Of a stretch of 64,000 bases of DNA, positions 1 to 8,911 are shown piece by piece. Position numbers and translations under genes: made by a program. The first letter of the stretch is position 1. Each line of letters starts with the position of its first letter. Source of the DNA: a virus. Taxonomy: Duplodnaviria; Caudoviricetes. Under the pieces are notes generated by a model. It had not been told where the DNA came from. It saw nothing but the letters and a program-made list of their open reading frames with translations, and did no database searches. The stretch spans positions 1,309-65,308 of IMG/VR virus record IMGVR_UViG_3300030106_001122; one strand, 5' to 3'.

Positions 1-20
1 AATGTATATGGCAGTAAACA

Positions 21-473
21 ATGGCAACTAGTGGTATAGTAAGGTTCGCTAAGCGCGAGCCAGGTGTATCATTTAGTGAGCACCCGAGCAACTGGCATGC
101 ACAGTTTTATATACATTATGATGGCAATGTTGAGTCGTTAGGCTTAGACATTGCTAATTCTATTCTAAACCGTCAGGTTATAGACGAATGGGAGATAGAT
201 GAGTTGCATGCTTGGCACAATGATGCATACTACTGCTATTACATATGGCAAGCTCGTGACAAAGATACTTGGATAAGTATATTTAGAATTAACCAAAGCT
301 TTGAATGTGAGCATTGTGATAAATCTAAAGACATACCAGATGAGTGTATATTTGTAGGTAAACCAGTAGATTTACAAAAGAAAATTAACGATTTAGGTGA
401 TTACCAGGCTTTTGATGCTAAGTCAAGAGGTATTGATTATAACTGGGATGGTAGCAAGATTACTTGTATATAA
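21..473 (+). CDS. hypothetical protein (CxxC motif)
   Basis: 150-aa ORF in the early-gene orientation; CEHC motif; no family recognised. Confidence 0.7.
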   Translation: MATSGIVRFAKREPGVSFSEHPSNWHAQFYIHYDGNVESLGLDIANSILNRQVIDEWEIDELHAWHNDAYYCYYIWQARDKDTWISIFRINQSFECEHCDKSKDIPDECIFVGKPVDLQKKINDLGDYQAFDAKSRGIDYNWDGSKITCI

Positions 474-474
474 T

Positions 475-506
475 CACAAACTAAATACGAACACCTTTGG
501 ATAATA
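475..506 (+). promoter_or_regulatory. conserved bipartite motif, copy 1 (CACAAACTAAATACGA-N7-TGGATAATA), putative phage promoter/operator
   Basis: Both blocks and the spacer length are identical to 4940-4971; lies just after a stop codon and before a gene. Confidence 0.6.
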
Positions 507-778
507 TGACTGATAAACAAATTAAAAAGCTAGCAGAGGAAATAGCTAATGCACTAATTACTAAAGCTCTAGAGTCACAAGTTGATAACTGGGAAGTTGA
601 CAACAGTCTAGATCATTTAGTCGGCGAATTAGCTAGATGTATGACACTGCAAAATGCTTATCTCGAGAGAGAAGAATATGAAAAGTGTGCTCTTATGAAA
701 ATAAGAATACGAGAAATTAAACAGAAGTTAGGCATGCCGCCTGACGAAGAAATACCAAATGAAGATGATGAGACATAA
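506..778 (+). CDS. small protein with UvrB/UvrC (UVR)-like coiled-coil motif
   Basis: LQNAYLEREEYEKCALMKIRIREI resembles the UVR motif; ATG at 506 preferred over the TTG start at 497. Confidence 0.6.
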   Translation: MTDKQIKKLAEEIANALITKALESQVDNWEVDNSLDHLVGELARCMTLQNAYLEREEYEKCALMKIRIREIKQKLGMPPDEEIPNEDDET

Positions 779-1619
779 ACCAATGCTGGCACATCCTGTC
801 AGCGATCGACCAGTTGACTATGATTCTGGTCCTGTATTTATACAACCTAAGCTTGACGGCGTTCGTTGTCTAATACAGTATGACAATAGCACAGTAACAG
901 CGTACTCACGTACAGGCAAAGAGTGGAAAAACATTGACCATATACTGTTCAATCTAAAGTCTTTCTTTCAACTAAACCCTGATGTAGTACTCGACGGCGA
1001 GCTATACAATCACAAACTAAAAGATGATTTCGAAAAGATTATCTCTTGTGTACGTAAAACTAAACCTACAGACGAGCATAGACGTGAGTCTGAACGACTA
1101 GTACAGTTTCATTGCTACGATATTATTAAACCTAGTTCTCGTGGTATGACGTTTAGTGAACGCGAAGAGTGGTTAAGACTAAATGTACCAAAGCACAACT
1201 ACGTTGTTAGACAAGTTGAAAGTACTATAGTTCGCAATGAAGTTGATGCACAACACGAGAATAATGCTAATCTAGCTGAAGGTTACGAAGGTTCTATACT
1301 GCGTACTAATGACATTTACCAACACAAACGCTCACACAGCTTACGTAAATTCAAACAGTTTCACGATGCTGAAGCTAAGATTATCGGCTGGGTTGCAGGT
1401 AAAGGTAAACGTATAGGTACTATCGGTAAGTTCATGGCAATGGATGCTGATGGCGTAGAGTTCGGTATGCCTGTCATGGATAAACAAAAGTACCTAGAAG
1501 AAAACTTCGAAAAGATGCAAGGCTGGGTAGGTAAAATTGCTACGTTCAAATACTTCGAGCGTACAAAAGCTGGCAGCTACCGTCATCCTTTGTTCAAATG
1601 TATACGTGATTACGAGTAA
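759..1619 (+). CDS. ATP-dependent DNA ligase
   Basis: KPMLA, motif I QPKLDGVRC (KxDG), LDGELY, EGYEGSILR, C-terminal OB-fold ending RHPLFKCIRD. Confidence 0.95.
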   Translation: MKMMRHKPMLAHPVSDRPVDYDSGPVFIQPKLDGVRCLIQYDNSTVTAYSRTGKEWKNIDHILFNLKSFFQLNPDVVLDGELYNHKLKDDFEKIISCVRKTKPTDEHRRESERLVQFHCYDIIKPSSRGMTFSEREEWLRLNVPKHNYVVRQVESTIVRNEVDAQHENNANLAEGYEGSILRTNDIYQHKRSHSLRKFKQFHDAEAKIIGWVAGKGKRIGTIGKFMAMDADGVEFGMPVMDKQKYLEENFEKMQGWVGKIATFKYFERTKAGSYRHPLFKCIRDYE

Positions 1620-2110
1620 TGAATATATTTTATTTACATAAAGATCCAGCTGAAGCCGCAAAGCTACAGTATAACAAGCATGTAGTGAAGATGATACTAG
1701 AGTCAGCTCAAATGTTATGTACCGCACATCATCATTATGGTAATGGTGATAAAGTGCCATACAAAAAAGCACACTATAATCATCCTTCTACTATATGGGT
1801 ACGTGAAAACGCGTACAATTACTTATGGTTATACAGGCACATGCTAGCACTAGGTGATGAATATACTAAAAGATATGGTAAACTGCATTTAACTATTACT
1901 AAGTGTTATGATCCGTTGTTTAGACTACCACCTGGTATACCTGTACCTAAAACCTTAACTCACACACAACCTCCTCAGGCTATGCCAGATGAGTACAAAG
2001 ATGAGTGTAGCTTGCAGGCTTACTGGAATTATTACATTAACGATAAGAAACACATTGCAAACCTTAATAAGGAAAAATTGTATGAAGAAAGACCTAAAGA
2101 AACGTATTGA
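1619..2110 (+). CDS. pyrimidine-dimer DNA glycosylase / DenV-like protein
   Basis: MNIFYL...KHVVKMILESAQML...HYNHPSTIWVR...PQAMPDEYK pattern typical of this phage family. Confidence 0.75.
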   Translation: MNIFYLHKDPAEAAKLQYNKHVVKMILESAQMLCTAHHHYGNGDKVPYKKAHYNHPSTIWVRENAYNYLWLYRHMLALGDEYTKRYGKLHLTITKCYDPLFRLPPGIPVPKTLTHTQPPQAMPDEYKDECSLQAYWNYYINDKKHIANLNKEKLYEERPKETY

Positions 2111-2207
2111 GGAATTTAACCAAATTAAATACACCAAAGATGATTCTAAAAGAATCATTGTGGCAACATTGGGGACTGTGACAACAGCCCCTATATATAA
2201 AGAATAA
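2082..2207 (+). CDS. small hypothetical protein (41 aa)
   Basis: ATG at 2082 (MKKDLKKRIEEF...) fills the gap between neighbouring genes; same frame as track ORF 1989..2207. Confidence 0.45.
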   Translation: MKKDLKKRIEEFNQIKYTKDDSKRIIVATLGTVTTAPIYKE

Positions 2208-2214
2208 CAGGCTT

Positions 2215-2835
2215 ATGTCACAAATACCACGTAATTTAGACTACTTACATCGTCGCAGAATAGTACATCGACGAGACCCAATAGAACCACCTGATATTGA
2301 TACACCACATTACATGTTTTATGAGAATGGTACGTATCAAGCGTATGATCTATTTAAAGGTAATGCTAAGATTAACACTTACAAAAGCCTTAAATGGCAT
2401 CTGCTAGTACTGTGGTACTTAAACCCAAAGTTAGATCCAGACGAGTTTAATAGTCTAGCTGAATTTATTGTAGATAAAAGTAACGGTTTTACTACATTTA
2501 GTATATCTAATACAGGGCTTGAGCGTATTATACACGATGTCTACATGTCTGATCTTGATCGTCCGCCAACAAACAGATTACGTAAAGTTGTATTTAAAAT
2601 GAGTAGCGGACTTGATAAATTTGAAAAACTAAGCATAGTGGGTAAATTAATAGGTAGATCAAAACGCGTCCATCCTGACGATATTTATCAATGTATGATA
2701 GATATGAACGATATGGGAAAAAAGATCACGATACGACGTCTAGCAGGCTTATTAGACTGTTCAGCACGCACAATACATCGTAATATGTGTAATGAATTAA
2801 AACGTGAAAAAGAATTATTAAATAAAGAGATATGA
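2215..2835 (+). CDS. hypothetical DNA-binding protein with C-terminal helix-turn-helix
   Basis: C-terminal ITIRRLAGLLDCSARTIHRNM is HTH-like; stop overlaps the sigma factor start (ATGA). Confidence 0.65.
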   Translation: MSQIPRNLDYLHRRRIVHRRDPIEPPDIDTPHYMFYENGTYQAYDLFKGNAKINTYKSLKWHLLVLWYLNPKLDPDEFNSLAEFIVDKSNGFTTFSISNTGLERIIHDVYMSDLDRPPTNRLRKVVFKMSSGLDKFEKLSIVGKLIGRSKRVHPDDIYQCMIDMNDMGKKITIRRLAGLLDCSARTIHRNMCNELKREKELLNKEI

Positions 2836-3587
2836 AAAAGTATAACGTCGATAATTATATCAGATATAAAGAAGACGTAAAAGATAGCATTGAAAGAATA
2901 CCAAGAAAAGATTTTCATGAGTATACTAGAAATGAACTTATAGTAACATTTCTACCATTAGTAGAGAATTTAGCACGAAAGTTTTCAACATCACAACAAG
3001 CTTCTGGTGTCATGACTATAAACGATTTGATACAAGAAGGTAGCGCTGGTTTAATAGCGGCTGTAGACAAGATAATATGGCCAAATATTACTGAGTCAGA
3101 AGATCCTGAAAAAACTATTAAGTCGTTTTTCTCTAAACGTATACGTGGTGCAATACGTAGGCGCATAGATATAAATAGAGGTAGCATGCGTATACCAGAG
3201 CATAAGTTAAATGAAATACGTAAAGACTTTGGTGAAGATAAAAAAGCTGTAGAAATGTTTTTTAACTCTGTATTTTTAAGTTTAGACACACCATTTAATG
3301 AAGATGGATCAACTTATGATGCACCTGACGAACAAAAAGAGTACAACCTAGACATACTAGGTGCTTATATAAAAAGCTTGATGCATCAATATTTAAACCA
3401 TAAAGAGTTTCAAGTGTTGAGATTATCTTTTGGTCTTGACTGTAAAAAGCATTCGGCAAAAGAAATAGCATCAATTTTAGGTATGAAAGGTGACAGTTCA
3501 TATGTACGTGTTTCGCAGTTAAAAAAGCAAGCTATAGAAAAATTAATAGACAACGTGCCTTACTCGCAAGTGGTTGATTACCTGTAA
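2832..3587 (+). CDS. phage RNA polymerase sigma factor (sigma70 family)
   Basis: Region 2 LPLVENLARKF...DLIQEGSAGLIAAVDK, RIRGAIRR..., region 4 VLRLSFGL...KEIASILG...RVSQLKKQAIEKL. Confidence 0.9.
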   Translation: MKKYNVDNYIRYKEDVKDSIERIPRKDFHEYTRNELIVTFLPLVENLARKFSTSQQASGVMTINDLIQEGSAGLIAAVDKIIWPNITESEDPEKTIKSFFSKRIRGAIRRRIDINRGSMRIPEHKLNEIRKDFGEDKKAVEMFFNSVFLSLDTPFNEDGSTYDAPDEQKEYNLDILGAYIKSLMHQYLNHKEFQVLRLSFGLDCKKHSAKEIASILGMKGDSSYVRVSQLKKQAIEKLIDNVPYSQVVDYL

Positions 3588-3625
3588 GTTAGGTGCAAAA
3601 TAAATGTTAAATTTGTGTATCTATA

Positions 3626-3635
3626 TGTAATTATA
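3626..3635 (+). promoter_or_regulatory. putative phage promoter element TGTRATnnTA
   Basis: TGTAATTATA about 25 nt upstream of the ERF start; the same consensus occurs in four other intergenic gaps. Confidence 0.5.
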
Positions 3636-3660
3636 TAGGTACCGATAAACCCTAAAACCA

Positions 3661-4206
3661 ATGGCAGAATTAACTAAGACATTAGCGGTTATTCAAACCG
3701 AGCTAAAAGCAAAAAAGTCTTCATATAATGCTTTCGGAAAATACTATTTCCGTAAAGCTGAAGACATCCTTGAAGCGGCAAAACCGTTTCTCACAAAGCA
3801 TAATGTGTACGTTAAAGTCGATGAAGAGATTATTAGCGTCGACCCAGTACCGATGATGCAGTCCACCGCCACTATTTCTAATGGCAAAGATTCAATAACA
3901 GCAACGGCAATTGTAGGTGTAGACCTTAATCAAAAAGGTATGCAGACCTCACAGCAGTTTGGTGCAGCTTCTACTTATGGTAAAAAGTATGCGCTAGGTA
4001 ATCTATTTCTTATTGATGACACTGAAGATGCAGACGCTACGAATAATCATAGCAATACAGCTACAGTGACTAAGAAAAAGATAACTGATGCTCAAATGAA
4101 AAAAGCTGTAGAGTTTGTTAGTGGTGGTGGAGACGTCAAAGCTATACTATCTAAGTATACTTTAACACCCGCACAGCTAACTGAGTTAAAGAAATTAACT
4201 AAATAG
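3661..4206 (+). CDS. ERF-family single-strand annealing protein
   Basis: IQTELKAKKSSYNAFGKYYFRKAEDIL and QQFGAASTYGKKYALGNLFLIDDTEDAD are ERF signatures. Confidence 0.9.
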   Translation: MAELTKTLAVIQTELKAKKSSYNAFGKYYFRKAEDILEAAKPFLTKHNVYVKVDEEIISVDPVPMMQSTATISNGKDSITATAIVGVDLNQKGMQTSQQFGAASTYGKKYALGNLFLIDDTEDADATNNHSNTATVTKKKITDAQMKKAVEFVSGGGDVKAILSKYTLTPAQLTELKKLTK

Positions 4207-4207
4207 T

Positions 4208-4939
4208 ATGAAAGAGATACTCGAAAAATTAAGAGTAGACGAACATTATTACGGTGAGTATGGTAACCAGTTCTTAAGTAACTCTGATATAAGTACGTTA
4301 CTAAAAGATCCAGCCAAACTAAGAGCTAAGCGGCCACAAATCCCTGCGTTCTTAGTTGGTGGTTACTTTCACACCGCAATACTAGAGCCTGAAAAGCTCA
4401 AAAGCTTTAGAATAGTTGAAGCTACAACTAGAAATACTAAAGCATACAAAGAATTATCTGGTGGTGAAATGTGTTTATTACAAAGCGAGGTTGATAAGAT
4501 CGAGCTCATGACGCAAGCTATGATGGATAATGATGTTTGTAGAGATTTAATAAAACCTGTACTAAATGAGGTTGAATATGAAGAGCCACGTGTTGGCAAG
4601 TTATTCGACAATATGTGGAAGGGTAAAGCAGACATTATTAACCACGAAGAACAACTCGTGATCGATCTTAAAACCACGTCTGATATAGATAAGTTTAGGT
4701 GGTCAGCATCTAAATATAATTATGACAGTCAAGCTTATATATACAGTAAACTGTTTGGTTATGAGATGATATTTATAGTCATAGACAAAAACACTAATAG
4801 AATAGGTATATACGATTGTTCACCTGAATTTTACAAACGTGGTGAAGATAAAGTACGACGAGCTAGTGATGCTTACGACTTGTTCTATAAGTCTGGCGAT
4901 TATGACTTTAAACAATATTTACATAATGAAACACTTTAA
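4208..4939 (+). CDS. RecE/exodeoxyribonuclease VIII-like PD-(D/E)XK nuclease
   Basis: LSNSDI, G..FHTAILEP, KGKADI...IDLKTT, Y..QAYIY; adjacent to ERF. Confidence 0.85.
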   Translation: MKEILEKLRVDEHYYGEYGNQFLSNSDISTLLKDPAKLRAKRPQIPAFLVGGYFHTAILEPEKLKSFRIVEATTRNTKAYKELSGGEMCLLQSEVDKIELMTQAMMDNDVCRDLIKPVLNEVEYEEPRVGKLFDNMWKGKADIINHEEQLVIDLKTTSDIDKFRWSASKYNYDSQAYIYSKLFGYEMIFIVIDKNTNRIGIYDCSPEFYKRGEDKVRRASDAYDLFYKSGDYDFKQYLHNETL

Positions 4940-4971
4940 CACAAACTAAATACGATTACTAATGGATAATA
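4940..4971 (+). promoter_or_regulatory. conserved bipartite motif, copy 2 (CACAAACTAAATACGA-N7-TGGATAATA)
   Basis: Matches 475-506; lies upstream of the SSB/primase-helicase genes. Confidence 0.6.
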
Positions 4972-5009
4972 CAATTAAATCAATTATTAATTTGCTAAAA
5001 CCAAAAACC

Positions 5010-5201
5010 ATGGCAAGAAGAAAAATGAAAATGTGTACAATATCAGGAAAAAAGTTTACAGCTAACACTACAAACTTTTATGTAAACCACAATACTTCTG
5101 ATGGCTTACACCCTTATCATAAAAGCTTCGATAATTTCCGTCGAACAACCGGGGCTACTGTATCACAAGTTCGACAATTAGTTAACTTAATAAACGGATA
5201 A
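5010..5201 (+). CDS. small basic hypothetical protein
   Basis: ATG at 5010 (MARRKMKMC...) follows an A-rich leader; the track start at 4962 lies inside the regulatory motif. Confidence 0.6.
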   Translation: MARRKMKMCTISGKKFTANTTNFYVNHNTSDGLHPYHKSFDNFRRTTGATVSQVRQLVNLING

Positions 5202-5204
5202 ACT

Positions 5205-5516
5205 ATGGCTAGTATTATTAAAACAAGTATCAACTTAAACGAGATACCAAAAGACAAAATCATTACGGGTAAAAAAGGTAAGTATCTACCTATTACAGTA
5301 ACCTTAAACGATGAGGTTGATCAATTCGGTAATCAAGGTCCGGTTTGCGTTGAGCAGACTAAAGAAGAGCGCGATGCTAAAACAGCTAAAACATACTTAG
5401 GTAATGTTAAGGTTGTGTGGACTAACGGTGAAAACGTTGCCACAGCACCACGTGATAATATGCCACAGCAAGCTGCACCGCAGCCTACGACAATGGAAGA
5501 TGATTTACCATTTTAA
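5205..5516 (+). CDS. single-stranded DNA-binding protein
   Basis: Small beta-rich protein with acidic C-terminal tail EDDLPF; sits between recombination genes and primase-helicase. Confidence 0.75.
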   Translation: MASIIKTSINLNEIPKDKIITGKKGKYLPITVTLNDEVDQFGNQGPVCVEQTKEERDAKTAKTYLGNVKVVWTNGENVATAPRDNMPQQAAPQPTTMEDDLPF

Positions 5517-5525
5517 TAAGACTTA

Positions 5526-7232
5526 ATGGAGACAGTAGAGATCAATGGATTTTTGATTGACGAGTTCAATCAACATGGCTTGGAAGCCGGTAAAACGCAG
5601 GGGATTTGTCCCCTGTGTTCGTCTTCTAGGAAACCTGAGAATAGAAAAGCCAAATGTGCTTCATATGATTGGGAACGTGGTCTTGGTACCTGTCATAACT
5701 GCGACAGTACTTTTCAATTGCATACATATAAACGTAAAGGTAAATCAACGCGTGAATATGTTAAGCCAGATAAAACTGGTCATGTTGCATCAGAAAAGAT
5801 TATAAATTGGTTTGCTGAACGTGGTATATCTAAAGATACACTTCAAGAGCTTAACGTTCGTGAAGGTAAAGAGTATATGCCACAAACCGGTAAACTAGAA
5901 AATGCTATACAGTTTAATTATTATATGGGTATGGATCTCATTAATATTAAGTATAGAGATGGTCGCAAGAATTTTAAGTTATACAAAGGTGCTGAGAAAA
6001 TATTTTACAATATTAACAGTGTTGTAAATCATGACTGGTGTGTTATTGTTGAAGGTGAGATGGATGTATTAGCTTTACATGAAGCTGGTATTAAAAATGT
6101 AATATCTGTACCTAACGGCGCAACGCTAAACAGTAACAACCTAGATTACTTAGACAATTGTATTGACTATCTAGACGATAAAGAGAAAATTATATTAGCA
6201 GTAGATGCAGACGAACCAGGCCAAGCTTTACGTAACGAATTTATACGTAGACTTGGTGCTGAAGTCTGTTATCTTGTAGACTTTGAAGGTGATAAAGATG
6301 CAAACGATTACCTTTTAAAACATGGTAAGGAAAAATTATGTGACGTAATTAATAAAGCAACTCAAGTACCTCTTGAAGGTGTATCTACACTTCGTGATCT
6401 TGAAAACGATTTATTAGACTTTGTTCACAATGGTTTTAAACCTGGCTTTCAAGTTGGTCTACCTAACTTTGATAAAATATTCTCTACGTATACCTCGCAG
6501 TTTATAACTGTTACAGGTATACCGTCGTCTGGTAAGTCAGACTTTGTAGATCAAATGTGTGTAGGTTATAATAGAAATTATGGATGGAAAACTGCGTTTG
6601 CTTCTCCTGAAAACAAGCCTAATTATCTTCATGCTCATAAGCTTATTCGTAAGACTTGGGAAGGTATGCCAACAAAAGATGATGTCGGTACTAGTAAGTG
6701 GAAGCAGGTCACCGATCATGTTAACGATAATTACTTTTTTATCGATATGGATAGGTATACACTTGACGAAGTCCTCAAAAAAGGAGGAGAGTTAGTTAAA
6801 CGTAAAGGTATTAAATGTCTTGTTATAGATCCTTATAATAAAGTTAGAGACGTTAATTGTAAAACAGAAGACGTTAACCGTTATACAATGGAGTATCTAA
6901 CTAAGATCGAAGTCTTTGCAAAGAAGTATGATGTACTAGTATTTATTGTAGCACATCCTACTAAAATGTATAAAGATAAAGACGGTCAGATTGAAGAGCC
7001 TACTATGTATAATATTAAAGGTGGTGGCGAATGGTACGATGCTAGTTACCACGGTATACTTGTACATAGAGACTATGATGCTAAAACTGTTAAAGCTAAA
7101 GTATTGAAAGTTAAGTTTCAAAACCTAGGTGAAAACGGTGCTGAAGCTCATTTCACGTGGGAACCTAAGTCTGGTAGTTACATACCTTTAGCGACTGACA
7201 TGGCGGCTGACGAAGCTATGCCTTGGGAATAA
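5526..7232 (+). CDS. primase-helicase (T7 gp4/Twinkle-like)
   Basis: N-terminal Zn finger (CPLC...CHNC), TOPRIM (IVEGEMD, DADEPG, KDAND), SF4 helicase Walker A GIPSSGKS, VIDPY, VAHP. Confidence 0.95.
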   Translation: METVEINGFLIDEFNQHGLEAGKTQGICPLCSSSRKPENRKAKCASYDWERGLGTCHNCDSTFQLHTYKRKGKSTREYVKPDKTGHVASEKIINWFAERGISKDTLQELNVREGKEYMPQTGKLENAIQFNYYMGMDLINIKYRDGRKNFKLYKGAEKIFYNINSVVNHDWCVIVEGEMDVLALHEAGIKNVISVPNGATLNSNNLDYLDNCIDYLDDKEKIILAVDADEPGQALRNEFIRRLGAEVCYLVDFEGDKDANDYLLKHGKEKLCDVINKATQVPLEGVSTLRDLENDLLDFVHNGFKPGFQVGLPNFDKIFSTYTSQFITVTGIPSSGKSDFVDQMCVGYNRNYGWKTAFASPENKPNYLHAHKLIRKTWEGMPTKDDVGTSKWKQVTDHVNDNYFFIDMDRYTLDEVLKKGGELVKRKGIKCLVIDPYNKVRDVNCKTEDVNRYTMEYLTKIEVFAKKYDVLVFIVAHPTKMYKDKDGQIEEPTMYNIKGGGEWYDASYHGILVHRDYDAKTVKAKVLKVKFQNLGENGAEAHFTWEPKSGSYIPLATDMAADEAMPWE

Positions 7233-7498
7233 TGTTTAAGAAGAAGAAAGCTCCATCTAGGCGAGCACCGTACCTACACCCAAGCAAGTCTCAGTATGAT
7301 GCTTGGTCTTGGTGTATTAACAACAAGATAGGTGTTTGTGTCGTGCCTGACTGGCCTAACGCTGGCAAATGGAAAATAGAGATAGTTATGAATGAAAAAA
7401 CATCAGTTGACCCAAACAGTTATGACGGTGTAGAAGCCTTAACTAAGATGTACGAATACTGTAAATACTATAAAAATAAATATGAAAATACACTTTGA
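7223..7498 (+). CDS. hypothetical protein
   Basis: ORF overlapping both neighbours; the start may be at 7232. Confidence 0.65.
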   Translation: MGIMFKKKKAPSRRAPYLHPSKSQYDAWSWCINNKIGVCVVPDWPNAGKWKIEIVMNEKTSVDPNSYDGVEALTKMYEYCKYYKNKYENTL

Positions 7499-8123
7499 AA
7501 ATGCAAATGAAGCTTACGAATACTACCATGATCGTATATTACAACATGGCATATCATTTGGTGATACTAAAGCACTCTTCAATATAGGGTTTTATTTAAC
7601 CAACCCATCTTTACGACAAATAACAAATAAAGAACGTAAATGGAGTTTTGATTATGCTGAAGCTGAATGGCAGTGGTATTTATCTGGCGATCGTAGTATT
7701 GACAAACTAGGTGAAATATACGGTAAAATACCTGAAATATGGAAACGTATGGCTGATGAAGATGGTTGCGTAAACTCTAACTACGGTTGGCAATGGATGC
7801 GTGAAGATCAACTAGCTAAAGTAATTAACATACTTCGTGATGAAAAAGATACAAGGCAAGCTGCTATAAGTATATATGACGGTAAAGAGATGCATATGTA
7901 TGCTCACGATACTCCTTGTACTTATGCAGTACAGTTTACTATAATTGGTGGTAAACTATGTATGTCAGTATATATGCGATCTAACGATTTATGGTATGGT
8001 TTTTGCAATGATCAATACCAGTTTTCACTGTTACAAGAGTTAGTAGCATCAATGCTAGGTATTGAAATTGGTTGGTATTACCATCATGCACATAATATGC
8101 ACTTATATAACGACAAGATATGA
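7482..8123 (+). CDS. thymidylate synthase superfamily protein, dCMP hydroxymethylase-like (T4 gp42 type)
   Basis: VNSNYGW, catalytic Cys in DTPCT, and MRSNDLWYGFCND with Asp at the position where ThyA has Asn. Confidence 0.85.
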   Translation: MKIHFENANEAYEYYHDRILQHGISFGDTKALFNIGFYLTNPSLRQITNKERKWSFDYAEAEWQWYLSGDRSIDKLGEIYGKIPEIWKRMADEDGCVNSNYGWQWMREDQLAKVINILRDEKDTRQAAISIYDGKEMHMYAHDTPCTYAVQFTIIGGKLCMSVYMRSNDLWYGFCNDQYQFSLLQELVASMLGIEIGWYYHHAHNMHLYNDKI

Positions 8124-8911
8124 CATACTGTTTATACCACATACCCGGTAAAAAGATCGGGGTAAGTAAAGACCCTAAGTATAGGGTAGAAGTTCAGCAG
8201 GGTTATAACCCAGATGAATATGAAATAATCGAGATGTCTGACGATATAGATTATATTTCTGAAAAAGAAATATTCTTGCAGAAACAATACGGTTATAGAA
8301 TAGATAAAACACTTTATAAAAACTTAAATCAAAATAATAAAATGAGAATAAACGTTACTGATCAAACAACTACATTTCCTGTACCACTTAACAAACTAAG
8401 AGGTAGATTAATGGACAACGTAGGTATGGAGTTATCTAGCAACGAAGGCACATATCAATTAACTTCTGGTTTAATAAACTGGATAATGCAAAACGCTGTA
8501 ACATCTCAGTTTAATGTAGAACGCTGTTATGTTTATAATAAAGCTATGGCTAAATTTATGAACGCTAAAGAAATATTTTCAAATGAAAATATAGATCAGC
8601 AAATATCTAGATCTAATATCTTTGATAAGATACGTAGCTGGGCTACAGTTAGAGGTATATACGATAAAGGTAATTCGCATACACAATACGTTAAGTTAAT
8701 GGAAGAAGCTGGTGAGTTAGCTAGAGCATTACTTAAAAACGATAAGCCAGAAGTTATAGACTCTATCGGTGATATGGTTGTAGTACTCACAAATCTAGCT
8801 AAGCTAGAAAAGCTAGACATAGAAGATTGTATAGATAATGCTTATCAAACTATATCAAAACGTACAGGTAAAATGGTTAATGGAACATTTGTTAAAACAG
8901 AATCACTATGA
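8120..8911 (+). CDS. fusion protein: GIY-YIG-like N-terminus plus C-terminal MazG-like NTP pyrophosphohydrolase
   Basis: N-terminus YCLYHIPGKKIGVS..R; C-terminus KLMEEAGELARA...DSIGDMVVVL (EExxE...D). Confidence 0.75.
   Translation: MTYCLYHIPGKKIGVSKDPKYRVEVQQGYNPDEYEIIEMSDDIDYISEKEIFLQKQYGYRIDKTLYKNLNQNNKMRINVTDQTTTFPVPLNKLRGRLMDNVGMELSSNEGTYQLTSGLINWIMQNAVTSQFNVERCYVYNKAMAKFMNAKEIFSNENIDQQISRSNIFDKIRSWATVRGIYDKGNSHTQYVKLMEEAGELARALLKNDKPEVIDSIGDMVVVLTNLAKLEKLDIEDCIDNAYQTISKRTGKMVNGTFVKTESL

Noticed and set aside
4962-5009. N-terminal extensions in the ORF track (MDN... at 4962 and at 497)
   Set aside because: Both starts fall inside the conserved TGGATAATA motif; downstream ATGs at 5010 and 506 are more plausible
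7482-8123. Annotation as ordinary thymidylate synthase (thyA)
   Set aside because: The specificity residue is Asp rather than Asn and the flanking motifs match dCMP hydroxymethylases, so the thyA symbol was withheld
1361-8820. Short - strand ORFs within the + strand block (e.g. 1361..1549, 2915..3289, 4369..4677, 8596..8820)
   Set aside because: Antisense shadows of well-supported genes, with no recognisable motifs
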